Positions 10,280 through 21,305 of a stretch of 64,000 nt of DNA are shown here, piece by piece (within the stretch, counting starts at the first letter, position 1; each line of letters starts with the position of its first letter). Both the position numbers and the translations under genes were made by a program. A model generated the notes under the pieces. The model was not told the DNA's origin, did no database searches, and saw only the letters and a list, made by a program, of their open reading frames with translations. The DNA is from Clostridia bacterium (lineage in GTDB: Bacteria; Bacillota; Clostridia; UMGS1840): positions 162,094-226,093 of the forward strand of contig JAZUBQ010000012.1 in NCBI GenBank assembly GCA_045638525.1, read 5' to 3'.

Positions 10280-12909
<2,630 letters not shown>

Positions 12910-12924
12910 TTTCTCACCGTCCTT

Positions 12925-14082
12925 TTACTGCACCAACATTCTTTCTTGCCCGATGATGGCAATTTTGTTTTTAAAATAATTAACATCTTTGATTTCAAAA
13001 TCAATAATCTGACTATCCAGAATTTTTCCTTTTTTGGAAACACTCAGCACTTCTTTTCGTTTATGCACCAAAAACTTATTATTGGTAATATCACCGATTT
13101 TTACGAAAGCATCCAACGTAAAAGTCGAGGTTTGTCTACCTTTTTTATCATACACTTCACACAAATAGGTTTCCGAAGCGGTATTTTCATAACAAAGAAG
13201 CAACGAACCATCGGTAAAATAATCAAAAAATTTCAATTTTTTATCTTTAAACTGCATCAACATACTCAGTTCGCCCGAATCAGTCATAATATACAACCCA
13301 TTTGTACATAATACCAATGCATAGCGATCGGTATAAGAAACCGATGCAGCCATTTTATCCCCGATGACATATCCTTTTACAGGCTCTGCGGTGTCCAGAC
13401 GGAAAAACAACAATTTGGAAGTAATCCCACCGCCGGATATGTCGTTGGTTAAAACTGCCATCATATCGTTTTTAGGATGAATCACAGCATCCACCACATA
13501 AGCGGTTCCGGAATACCAGGTATACTGCTCGGTGCCGTATTCGTCAAAAACTTTGACTGCAGCTTTGGCACCATCTTCGTTTAGAATTACCACAAACTGT
13601 CCTTTCTGATTCATTCTGGCACAAATGATTTCCCTTTCAAAACTGAGTGGAGAAATAATGCCTGATTCATCAAATAACATTGCAGTTTTTCCGCCGATAT
13701 CATACGCCAATACGGTTTTATCACTGGTTAGATAAACCGGTTCTTTCATCGCACGAATAAAAGGAGATATGGTAGAGTTGATATTATGATCCGTATCATT
13801 TCCTGCAACATCTACCGATTTTAAGCCATCAATCGTGGTCAGATAAAAGGTATTTTTAAAAGAAGTTCCGCTGATATGCTGCATAGGAGTATAATGCACA
13901 ATCTTACCCTCAGAAGAAAACTGCACAATTCCTGTCTGATACAAAAGATACACACCACCACAAAGAAGTGCAACAATCAAGATTGCAAACAGAAATTTTA
14001 GAAATGAATTTTTATGGTTTTTTTCTTTTCGTTCTTTATGTCTGATTCTTCGTTTTCCCGAAGTGTTAGGTTGTCCATTCAT
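12925..14082 (-). CDS. Hypothetical single-pass membrane protein with a beta-rich extracellular domain
   Basis: 385 aa. A basic N-terminus (KRRIRHKERKEKNHK) precedes one TM segment (FLFAILIVALLCGGVYLLY), then a repetitive beta-strand-like sequence. No catalytic motif was recognised. Confidence 0.5.
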   Translation of the reverse strand: MNGQPNTSGKRRIRHKERKEKNHKNSFLKFLFAILIVALLCGGVYLLYQTGIVQFSSEGKIVHYTPMQHISGTSFKNTFYLTTIDGLKSVDVAGNDTDHNINSTISPFIRAMKEPVYLTSDKTVLAYDIGGKTAMLFDESGIISPLSFEREIICARMNQKGQFVVILNEDGAKAAVKVFDEYGTEQYTWYSGTAYVVDAVIHPKNDMMAVLTNDISGGGITSKLLFFRLDTAEPVKGYVIGDKMAASVSYTDRYALVLCTNGLYIMTDSGELSMLMQFKDKKLKFFDYFTDGSLLLCYENTASETYLCEVYDKKGRQTSTFTLDAFVKIGDITNNKFLVHKRKEVLSVSKKGKILDSQIIDFEIKDVNYFKNKIAIIGQERMLVQ

Positions 14083-14100
14083 AAGACTTCTGTCCTTCCT

Positions 14101-14835
14101 TTAATAATAAACATCATATAAGTACAATCCGTGAGGAGGAACCGTCATTCCTGCCTCTTTCCGACATTTTTCGGCAATAATATCACGGAGTTCTTCTTTC
14201 GTCATTTTCCCGATGCCGATTTGAATGAGAGTTCCGGTAATAATACGAACCATATTATAGAGAAATCCATTTGCTGAAATGCGAATTTCCACTTCACTCC
14301 CAATTTTGGTAACAGTAAGTTCAGTAACATTGCGGACAGTGGTTTTCACCTGTCCTCCCGATGCCATAAAACAACGAAAATCCTTTTCTCCGATAATTTC
14401 GCTGCAAGCATCCTGCATTTTTTCTACATCTAAGGAAATGGGATAAAAATAACTGCGTTTCGCTTGCAGTGCTTCCGGATTTCGCTGATTTAAGATTTTA
14501 TAAACATAGGTTTTGTATTTTGGGGAAAATCTTGCGTGAAATTCTTCATTTTCTTCCCAACAATCGCTCACCGTAATATCGCACGGTAACAAAGAATTCA
14601 TCGCCAGAACAAAACGGTCACACGGAATGGGAGAGTTGGTGTGCACATTAAAATAATAACGCATGGCGTGTACACCGGCATCGGTTCTTCCACATCCCAC
14701 AATCCGAAGGTTTTCACCAGTCAATGTATGCAAGACACGCTCCAATTCACTTTGAATGGTAATTTGTCCGTCCTGACACTGAAATCCGTGATAAGCGGTT
14801 CCGTCATATGAAATTCGAAACACAAGATTTCTCAT
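14101..14835 (-). CDS. truA: tRNA pseudouridine(38-40) synthase
   Basis: 244 aa with the catalytic-Asp motif GCGRTDAGVHA and FLYNMVRIITG. It overlaps ecfT by 4 nt. Confidence 0.9.
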   Translation of the reverse strand: MRNLVFRISYDGTAYHGFQCQDGQITIQSELERVLHTLTGENLRIVGCGRTDAGVHAMRYYFNVHTNSPIPCDRFVLAMNSLLPCDITVSDCWEENEEFHARFSPKYKTYVYKILNQRNPEALQAKRSYFYPISLDVEKMQDACSEIIGEKDFRCFMASGGQVKTTVRNVTELTVTKIGSEVEIRISANGFLYNMVRIITGTLIQIGIGKMTKEELRDIIAEKCRKEAGMTVPPHGLYLYDVYY

Positions 14836-15641
14836 ATAGATGCTCCCATAAGATTCAACAATAAGATACCGGTTACACCAACCACAAAAACAAATAAAGC
14901 AACCGTATCTTTTTTTCCATATTTCAATTCTTTCATTTTGGTGCGGTCATCTCCACCGTGATAACAGCGTGATTCCATTGCAATCGCAAGTTCATCCGCA
15001 CGACGAAATGCCGATACAAACAAGGGAATTAAAATCGGAATCAACGCTTTTGCTCTCTGCAACAGATTCCCCTCGGAAAGTGCAGCGCCTCTGGCTTTTT
15101 GTGCCGACATAATTTTGTCGGTTTCTTCAATCAAAGTAGGAATAAAACGAAGCGCAATGGACATCATCATTGCAATTTCGTGAGCAGGTACGCCGATTTT
15201 AGAAAACGGCTTTAATAAGCTCTCAATTCCCGAAGTTAAGGTGATGGGAGTTGTGGTATAAGTCAAAAAAGACGTCCCAAGCACTAAAAACAAAATCCTT
15301 AAGAGCATAAATGCAGATAAAATGCACCCCTCTTTGGTAATTTTCAAAAAGCCAAGTTGCCACAGCAGTTGACCATCCGTCATAAACAAATTCAAAAGTG
15401 CTGTAATTGTCATTAAAACCGCAAGGGGTTTCATGCCCTTTAAGAGAAATCCAACAGGAATTTTAGAAAGCTTTGCAAGCAGTACAGCCAGCACCGCCAA
15501 CAGCAAAAATCCCCAAAAATTCCGAATCAGAAAAATGGCAACGATATATACTAAAGTCAGTATAATTTTTAACCGGGGATCCAGTTTATGAACCACCGAT
15601 TCCGACGGGTAATATTGCCCGATGGTAATATCCTTTAACAT
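14832..15641 (-). CDS. ecfT: ECF transporter transmembrane (T) component
   Basis: 269-aa multi-TM protein with the conserved ARG...AL and RRADELAIAMESR motifs. It lies downstream of two EcfA ATPase genes. Confidence 0.85.
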   Translation of the reverse strand: MLKDITIGQYYPSESVVHKLDPRLKIILTLVYIVAIFLIRNFWGFLLLAVLAVLLAKLSKIPVGFLLKGMKPLAVLMTITALLNLFMTDGQLLWQLGFLKITKEGCILSAFMLLRILFLVLGTSFLTYTTTPITLTSGIESLLKPFSKIGVPAHEIAMMMSIALRFIPTLIEETDKIMSAQKARGAALSEGNLLQRAKALIPILIPLFVSAFRRADELAIAMESRCYHGGDDRTKMKELKYGKKDTVALFVFVVGVTGILLLNLMGASI

Positions 15642-15645
15642 AAGA

Positions 15646-16491
15646 TTAGCCTCTCAATTTCATAATGGCGTCCATTGCTTCCGAAACGGTAAACACATTC
15701 TCAGAAATGTCTATCCCTTTTTTCCGAAGCTGATGTACTGCCATAGTCACCTGGGGAACCGAAAGTCCGATATCCGTCAGAGTATCTGCATGGTGGAACA
15801 CTTCTGCCAATGTTCCCTGCAAAATCACTTCCCCTTCATTTAACACCAAAAGCTTGTCGCAATATTTTGCCACATCTTCCATACTGTGTGACACTAAAAT
15901 CACCGTCATATCCATTTGTTTATGGATTTTCCGGATGCTGTTTAAAATTTCGTCTCTGCCTTTTGGATCAAGTCCGGCAGTGGGTTCATCCAGAATGAGA
16001 ACCTTTGGCTCCATCGCAAGCACTCCTGCAATAGCAACCCGTCGTTTCTGTCCGCCGGAAACCGAAAAAGGTGATTTCTCCATCAAATCTTCCGAAAGTC
16101 CAACCAATTCCATTGCGGTACGAACCCGAAGATCAATTTCTTTGGAAGAAAGCCCCATATTGGATGGTCCAAAGGCAATATCTTGATAAATGGTTTCCGC
16201 AAACAACTGTTGTTCCGGATATTGAAACACCAATCCAACGGTAAAGCAAAGACCTTTGGTATCGGCATGTTTGCCGGTAATCACACGATCTCCTACTCTG
16301 ATAGTGCCGCTTGTTGGCTTTACCAAGCCGTTCAAATGCTGTACCAAAGTGGATTTTCCGCTTCCGGAATGTCCGATTAGTCCGACAAAATCGCCACTTT
16401 CAATATCAAAATTGATATCCCGCAGTGCCGCTTTTTCAAACGGAGTGCCGGGAGCATAAATATATGATAAATTTTCAACTGTAATTTTCAA
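15646..16491 (-). CDS. ecfA2: ECF transporter ATPase component A2
   Basis: 281 aa with Walker A GHSGSGKST, signature SGGQKRRVAIA and Walker B LILDEPTAGLD. Confidence 0.85.
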   Translation of the reverse strand: MKITVENLSYIYAPGTPFEKAALRDINFDIESGDFVGLIGHSGSGKSTLVQHLNGLVKPTSGTIRVGDRVITGKHADTKGLCFTVGLVFQYPEQQLFAETIYQDIAFGPSNMGLSSKEIDLRVRTAMELVGLSEDLMEKSPFSVSGGQKRRVAIAGVLAMEPKVLILDEPTAGLDPKGRDEILNSIRKIHKQMDMTVILVSHSMEDVAKYCDKLLVLNEGEVILQGTLAEVFHHADTLTDIGLSVPQVTMAVHQLRKKGIDISENVFTVSEAMDAIMKLRG

Positions 16492-16509
16492 TACTTTTCA
16501 CCAGATTTT

Positions 16510-17337
16510 CTACAATACTTTTGCAACTTGTTCCACAAATTCATCCACCGATAAAATGCAACTGTCAATGGGAAATCCTGCCTTGTGCAGTTCATAAGAC
16601 AGAGCGGTTATCTGCGGAACATCCAACCCTGTTTTCTTTAAAATTTCATATTCCGAGAAAATTTCTTGGGGCGTTCCATCCAAAAGAATTTTTCCTTTTT
16701 CAATCACAACAATCCGATCTGCCAATGCCGCTTCATCCATATTATGCGTAATAAGAATGGACGTAATTCCGTAATCCCGATTAAGGCGCTGTATGGTTTC
16801 TACCACTTCTTTTCTGCCTTTCGGGTCCAACATGGCAGTAGGCTCGTCCAACACAATAACCGAAGGACGCATTGCAACAATTCCTGCAATGGCAACCCGT
16901 TGCTTTTGTCCACCGGATAAATGATGAGGAGAACGCATCCGATATTCATACATTCCCACACATTTTAAGGCGTCGTCCACACGTTGACGAATTTCATCGG
17001 AGGGAACGCCTAAATTTTCGGGTGCAAACGCTACATCATCCTCGATAATGGAAGCAATCAGCTGGTTGTCAGGATTCTGAAACACCAATCCACAGCTTTT
17101 TCGGATATCAAGTAACAATTCTTCGTTTTGGGTATCCATTCCCGCAACATACACCTTGCCACCTTCGGGCAACAAGATGCCGTTAAACAGCTTGGCAAGA
17201 GAAGATTTTCCACTTCCGTTATGCCCCAAAAGTGCTGTGAACTTCCCTTTTTCAATGGTCAAGTCAAAATTTTCAAGCACCTTTTTCTTGCTGTCTTCAT
17301 ATTGAAATGTAAGATTCTCTGTTTTAATAATACTCAT
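16510..17337 (-). CDS. ecfA1: ECF transporter ATPase component A1
   Basis: Start taken at the internal ATG at 17337 (MSIIKTENLTF). Walker A is GHNGSGKSS, the signature is SGGQKQRVAIA, and Walker B is IVLDEPTAMLD. Confidence 0.85.
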   Translation of the reverse strand: MSIIKTENLTFQYEDSKKKVLENFDLTIEKGKFTALLGHNGSGKSSLAKLFNGILLPEGGKVYVAGMDTQNEELLLDIRKSCGLVFQNPDNQLIASIIEDDVAFAPENLGVPSDEIRQRVDDALKCVGMYEYRMRSPHHLSGGQKQRVAIAGIVAMRPSVIVLDEPTAMLDPKGRKEVVETIQRLNRDYGITSILITHNMDEAALADRIVVIEKGKILLDGTPQEIFSEYEILKKTGLDVPQITALSYELHKAGFPIDSCILSVDEFVEQVAKVL

Positions 17338-17381
17338 CGACCCAGTTCCTTTTAGCAGAATCATCAAAAAATATCAAAATA

Positions 17382-18251
17382 CTATTCAGCCTGCCATCTT
17401 GCAGTAGAACCGCAAGGCAAATATAAACCCGAATGTTTGGCACGAAAACCAATCTCATCTGCTGTAACTTTCCCACCAAACTTTTTAGTAACAGTTAAAT
17501 TTAAAATATTTTCCATCACAGTGTTGGAAAGACCTGTAGTGTAACTGTTGATAATAAAGAACAATGGTTTATCTGTTAAAATACGAGATGCCAGTTCCAC
17601 AAGCTCGTAAATTTTATCTTCAATTTTCCATAGCTCTCCGTTGGGCCCTCTTCCGTAGGACGGAGGGTCCATAATAATGGCATCGTAATAGTTGCCGCGT
17701 TTGATTTCCCGTTCTACGAATTTATAGGCATCGTCCACAATAAAGCGGACTTTTCCGTTCTGATTTAAGTTATTTAATTCCACATTTTCTTTTGCCCAGG
17801 TGACAATGGATTTTGCCGCATCCAAGTGGCACACGCTTGCACCCTCTTTTAAACAGGCAACAGTGGCACCGCCGGTATAAGCAAACAAATTCAAAACCTT
17901 GATTTCTCTGCCGGCGGAACGAATCATATCCCGTGCAAAATCCCAGTTGACCGCCTGCTCAGGAAACAACCCCGTATGCTTAAAGCCGGTGGGACGCACC
18001 TTAAAGCGTAAATCACGATACTGTATTTCCCAATGTTCGGGCAGTTTTTTAAAATACTTCCATTCGCCGCCACCTTTTTTGCTGCGAAAATATTTGGCAT
18101 CAATTTTACGGGAATGTTTTTCAATTTCGCCGTGTTTCCATACCACCTGCGGGTCGGGACGAAGAAGCTTTACATCCTTCCATCTCTCCAGCTTGTAGCC
18201 ATCCTCAGCTTCCAACAATTCAAAATCTTCCCAATACTCTGAAATCCACAT
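17382..18251 (-). CDS. Class I SAM-dependent methyltransferase (RlmI/RlmK-like rRNA methyltransferase family)
   Basis: 289 aa with the SAM-binding motif VLNLFAYTGGATVA and the catalytic-type DPPSYG motif. Confidence 0.7.
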   Translation of the reverse strand: MWISEYWEDFELLEAEDGYKLERWKDVKLLRPDPQVVWKHGEIEKHSRKIDAKYFRSKKGGGEWKYFKKLPEHWEIQYRDLRFKVRPTGFKHTGLFPEQAVNWDFARDMIRSAGREIKVLNLFAYTGGATVACLKEGASVCHLDAAKSIVTWAKENVELNNLNQNGKVRFIVDDAYKFVEREIKRGNYYDAIIMDPPSYGRGPNGELWKIEDKIYELVELASRILTDKPLFFIINSYTTGLSNTVMENILNLTVTKKFGGKVTADEIGFRAKHSGLYLPCGSTARWQAE

Positions 18252-18324
18252 AATTTTCCCTCTTTTGTTCTGTGTTCAATCTATCAATAATTAAAAAAAT
18301 CTAAAAATGGACATACTTTGATCA

Positions 18325-18353
18325 ATTTTATCATAAAACCATATATTTGTCAA
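18325..18353 (-). promoter_or_regulatory. Sigma-A-type promoter for the methyltransferase/ecfA1A2T/truA string
   Basis: Minus strand reads TTGACA (18353-18348), a 17-nt spacer ending in TGa, then TAAAAT (18330-18325). Confidence 0.5.
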
Positions 18354-18377
18354 GGTTTTCAAGGTGGAAAATGGCAT

Positions 18378-18417
18378 AAAAAAAGCAGATACAAAACGAC
18401 AATTTTGCACTGCTTTT
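18378..18417 (-). terminator. Rho-independent terminator of the 18418..18906 gene
   Basis: On the minus strand a GCAGTGCAAAA...TTTTGTATCTGC hairpin is followed by TTTTTTT. It starts directly after the stop codon. Confidence 0.6.
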
Positions 18418-18906
18418 TTATCGTGGCTTATAAATTTTCGCTCCTGTAATCGGAATACAATTTCCTAAGGCATCCCATATCATAACCTTAATGCTATCAT
18501 ACACCTCAGGAACCGGGAACCAATAGGCTGCATAATTACTGGAATAAACCGTACCGGAAATATGCGAAATCTGATTGCCTATATAACACACAAATACAAT
18601 CTGACACCCCTCAGGGAGGGAACCTTCAACGCTGATATACTCTTTTTTATCCCCTGCATACAAGAAGCGATCTGTTAAAAAGTGAATCAACAAACTTTGC
18701 TTTTCACGTTCCGTTTCTCCTGTAGTTTCATGCTTGTTAAAAGCATCTAAATCCGGCAACGGTATCAGTCCCCCACCAGAAGAACCTGTACCTGGGATAA
18801 TCGGAGCAATCGGTTTGTCTGTTATCAAAGGAAACGACGAGGCAGATGCGGTTATATTCATCAGGATGCACCAAAGCACTATTCCTATCAAAATCCTTCT
18901 TTTCAT
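18418..18906 (-). CDS. Hypothetical secreted protein
   Basis: Start chosen at the ATG at 18906, after a GGAG RBS. The product begins MKRRILIGIVLWCILMNITASA, which looks like a signal peptide. No motif was recognised. Confidence 0.45.
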   Translation of the reverse strand: MKRRILIGIVLWCILMNITASASSFPLITDKPIAPIIPGTGSSGGGLIPLPDLDAFNKHETTGETEREKQSLLIHFLTDRFLYAGDKKEYISVEGSLPEGCQIVFVCYIGNQISHISGTVYSSNYAAYWFPVPEVYDSIKVMIWDALGNCIPITGAKIYKPR

Positions 18907-19006
18907 ATGATGAAATCTCCAATTAAATTTCTCGGCTCTTTTTATTAATAATAACACAAACAACAAAAAAAGTCCATATTTTTTTAAGAATTGATAAATT
19001 TATTTA

Positions 19007-19118
19007 GTAGGGGGCGATGCCCACATCGTCCCGTGTATGGCTTCCAAAAATTGCAGAAAGAAAAAAGCGGGACGATGTAGGCATCGTCCCCTACACGTCT
19101 CCCTCTGACGAGGGAGAC
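19007..19118. repeat. Nested palindromic (REP-like) element: two hairpin-forming arms in inverted orientation, plus a third hairpin
   Basis: GTAGGGGGCGATGCCCACATCGTCCCG (19007-19033) matches the reverse complement of CGGGACGATGTAGGCATCGTCCCCTAC (19068-19094) at 25 of 27 positions. Each arm is itself a 9-bp hairpin (GGGACGATG/CATCGTCCC). GTCTCCCT-CTGACG-AGGGAGAC follows at 19097-19118. Confidence 0.7.
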
Positions 19119-19189
19119 AAGGTGCAACAGATAATTTTTAATATCATCCAGCCCCTAAAACCACAAAAATAAAAATAATAAAAAAATTC

Positions 19190-19218
19190 TTGCTTTATTT
19201 TCTTTTCTATGATATAAT
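19190..19218 (+). promoter_or_regulatory. Sigma-A-type promoter upstream of the topoisomerase genes
   Basis: TTGCTT (19190-19195), a 17-nt spacer, then TATAAT (19213-19218), about 35 nt before the GTG start. Confidence 0.5.
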
Positions 19219-19251
19219 AAAATGTAAAAATTTGTGAAGAGGTGAAATTGA

Positions 19252-21231
19252 GTGGCAGAAGAAATCTACGGCAACGAGAGTATATCCAAATTAAAAGACG
19301 AAGAACGAGTGCGTTTACGTCCTGCAGTTATCTTCGGTTCGGACGGGATTACCGGTTGTCAGCACTCTATTTTTGAAATATTATCCAACTCCATTGACGA
19401 GGCAAGAGAGGGATATGGTAAAAAAATTGAAATTACCCGATTCCGTGACCAGTCGGTGGAAGTAAAAGACTATGGTCGTGGAATTCCCCTTGATTATAAC
19501 TCCAAAGAAGATACTTACAACTGGCAGTTGGTATTCTGTGAACTGTATGCCGGCGGGAAATACAACAATCAGGGTGGCGAAAACTACGAGTACAGCTTGG
19601 GCTTAAACGGTCTGGGCGCTTGTGCAACCCAATATGCTTCCGAATATATGAGTGTAAGAGTTATCCGTGACGGGTATCTCTACTCTCTGGAATTTGAAAA
19701 AGGAAAAAATGTGGGTGGCTTAAAAAAAGAACCCACTCTGGAAAAGAAAACGGGAACCGTTATCAAATGGCGTCCCGATTTGGAAGTGTTTACCGACATT
19801 GATGTACCGCTGGAATACTACATCAACACCTTGAAAAAACAGGCGGTGGTAAACTCTGGCATCACCTTCATCTTAAAAGACGAAATGGAAAACGGAAAAT
19901 TTCAGGAATACGTTTTCCTCTACAAAGACGGTATCACCGACTATGTGAACGAATTAACCACCGAAAAAGCTTTAACGCAGGTTCGCACCGTATCCGCAGA
20001 ACGTATGGGTCGTGACCGTTCGGACAAGCCGGAATATAAAGTGAAGATGAATTTTGCTTTCTGTTTTAACAACGAAGTGAATCTCATTGAATACTACCAC
20101 AACTCCAGCTTCTTAGAATATGGCGGTTCTCCCGAAAAAGCAGTGAAGAATGCCTTTGTGTATGCCATTGATAACTACATCAAGCAGACCAACAAATACA
20201 AAGCCAACGAAGCCAAAATTACTTACAACGATGTGTTTGACAGTTTGATTTTGGTTTCCAACTCCTTCTCTACCATTACCTCCTATGAAAACCAAACCAA
20301 AAAAGCGATTACCAACAAGTTTATTCAGGAAGCAATGCAGGATTTCTTGAAAGAACAGTTGGAAATCTACTTTATCGAAAATAAAACCGATGCGGAAAAA
20401 ATCGCAGAACAGATTTTAGTTAACAAACGTAGCCGTGAACAGGCAGAAAAAGCAAAAGTTAATATCAAGAAAAAACTGTCGCAGGCTGTGGATGTGGTAA
20501 ACCGTGTACAAAAATTTGTGGATTGCCGTACCAAAGATGCCACCCGTCGTGAGCTCTACATCGTGGAAGGTGATTCTGCGCTGGGTTCCTGTAAACAGGG
20601 ACGAGACGCAGAATTCCAGGCAATTATGCCCATCCGTGGTAAAATCCTGAACTGTTTAAAAGCAGGATATGACAAAATTTTCAATTCCGAAATCATCACT
20701 GACCTGATGCGAGTGTTAGGTTGCGGCGTGGAAATCAAATTAAAAAATCAAAAAGATATGTCTGCATTTGATTTGGAAAAACTCCGTTGGGATAAAATCA
20801 TTATCTGTACGGATGCCGATGTGGACGGCTTCCAGATTCGTACGCTGGTTTTAACTATGCTGTACATCTTGACTCCCACACTGATTGAAAAAGGAAAAGT
20901 ATACATTGCAGAATCTCCTTTGTATGAAATCACTTCCAAAGAACAAGGAACCTTCTTTGCATACGATGAAAAAGAAAAGGCTGACCATATCGCATCGCTG
21001 ACAGGAAAATACACCTTACAGCGTTCCAAAGGGTTAGGTGAAAACGAACCTGAAATGATGTGGCAAACCACTATGAATCCGGAAACTCGCCGTTTAATCA
21101 AAGTAATGCCAGAAGGCATGATGGAAACCAAAGAAACGTTTGAACTGCTCTTAGGTGACAATTTGCAAGGCAGAAAAGACTACATCCAGATGCACGGAAA
21201 AGAATACTACGATTTTTTGGATATCAGTTAA
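19252..21231 (+). CDS. Type IIA DNA topoisomerase, ATPase/Toprim subunit B (GyrB/ParE family, divergent paralogue)
   Basis: 659 aa starting at GTG. It has a GHKL ATPase region (ILSNSIDEA, DYGRGIP, GLNGLGA) and Toprim motifs (ELYIVEGDSALGS, IICTDADVDGFQI). It is followed by an A subunit gene. Confidence 0.85.
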   Translation: MAEEIYGNESISKLKDEERVRLRPAVIFGSDGITGCQHSIFEILSNSIDEAREGYGKKIEITRFRDQSVEVKDYGRGIPLDYNSKEDTYNWQLVFCELYAGGKYNNQGGENYEYSLGLNGLGACATQYASEYMSVRVIRDGYLYSLEFEKGKNVGGLKKEPTLEKKTGTVIKWRPDLEVFTDIDVPLEYYINTLKKQAVVNSGITFILKDEMENGKFQEYVFLYKDGITDYVNELTTEKALTQVRTVSAERMGRDRSDKPEYKVKMNFAFCFNNEVNLIEYYHNSSFLEYGGSPEKAVKNAFVYAIDNYIKQTNKYKANEAKITYNDVFDSLILVSNSFSTITSYENQTKKAITNKFIQEAMQDFLKEQLEIYFIENKTDAEKIAEQILVNKRSREQAEKAKVNIKKKLSQAVDVVNRVQKFVDCRTKDATRRELYIVEGDSALGSCKQGRDAEFQAIMPIRGKILNCLKAGYDKIFNSEIITDLMRVLGCGVEIKLKNQKDMSAFDLEKLRWDKIIICTDADVDGFQIRTLVLTMLYILTPTLIEKGKVYIAESPLYEITSKEQGTFFAYDEKEKADHIASLTGKYTLQRSKGLGENEPEMMWQTTMNPETRRLIKVMPEGMMETKETFELLLGDNLQGRKDYIQMHGKEYYDFLDIS

Positions 21232-21305
21232 TTTTGGTATTTTTTAATTACAATCGTTTCTATCTTTCGTTTATTCAGTAATCAAGAAAAAAGGAGTGAG
21301 CCCCT

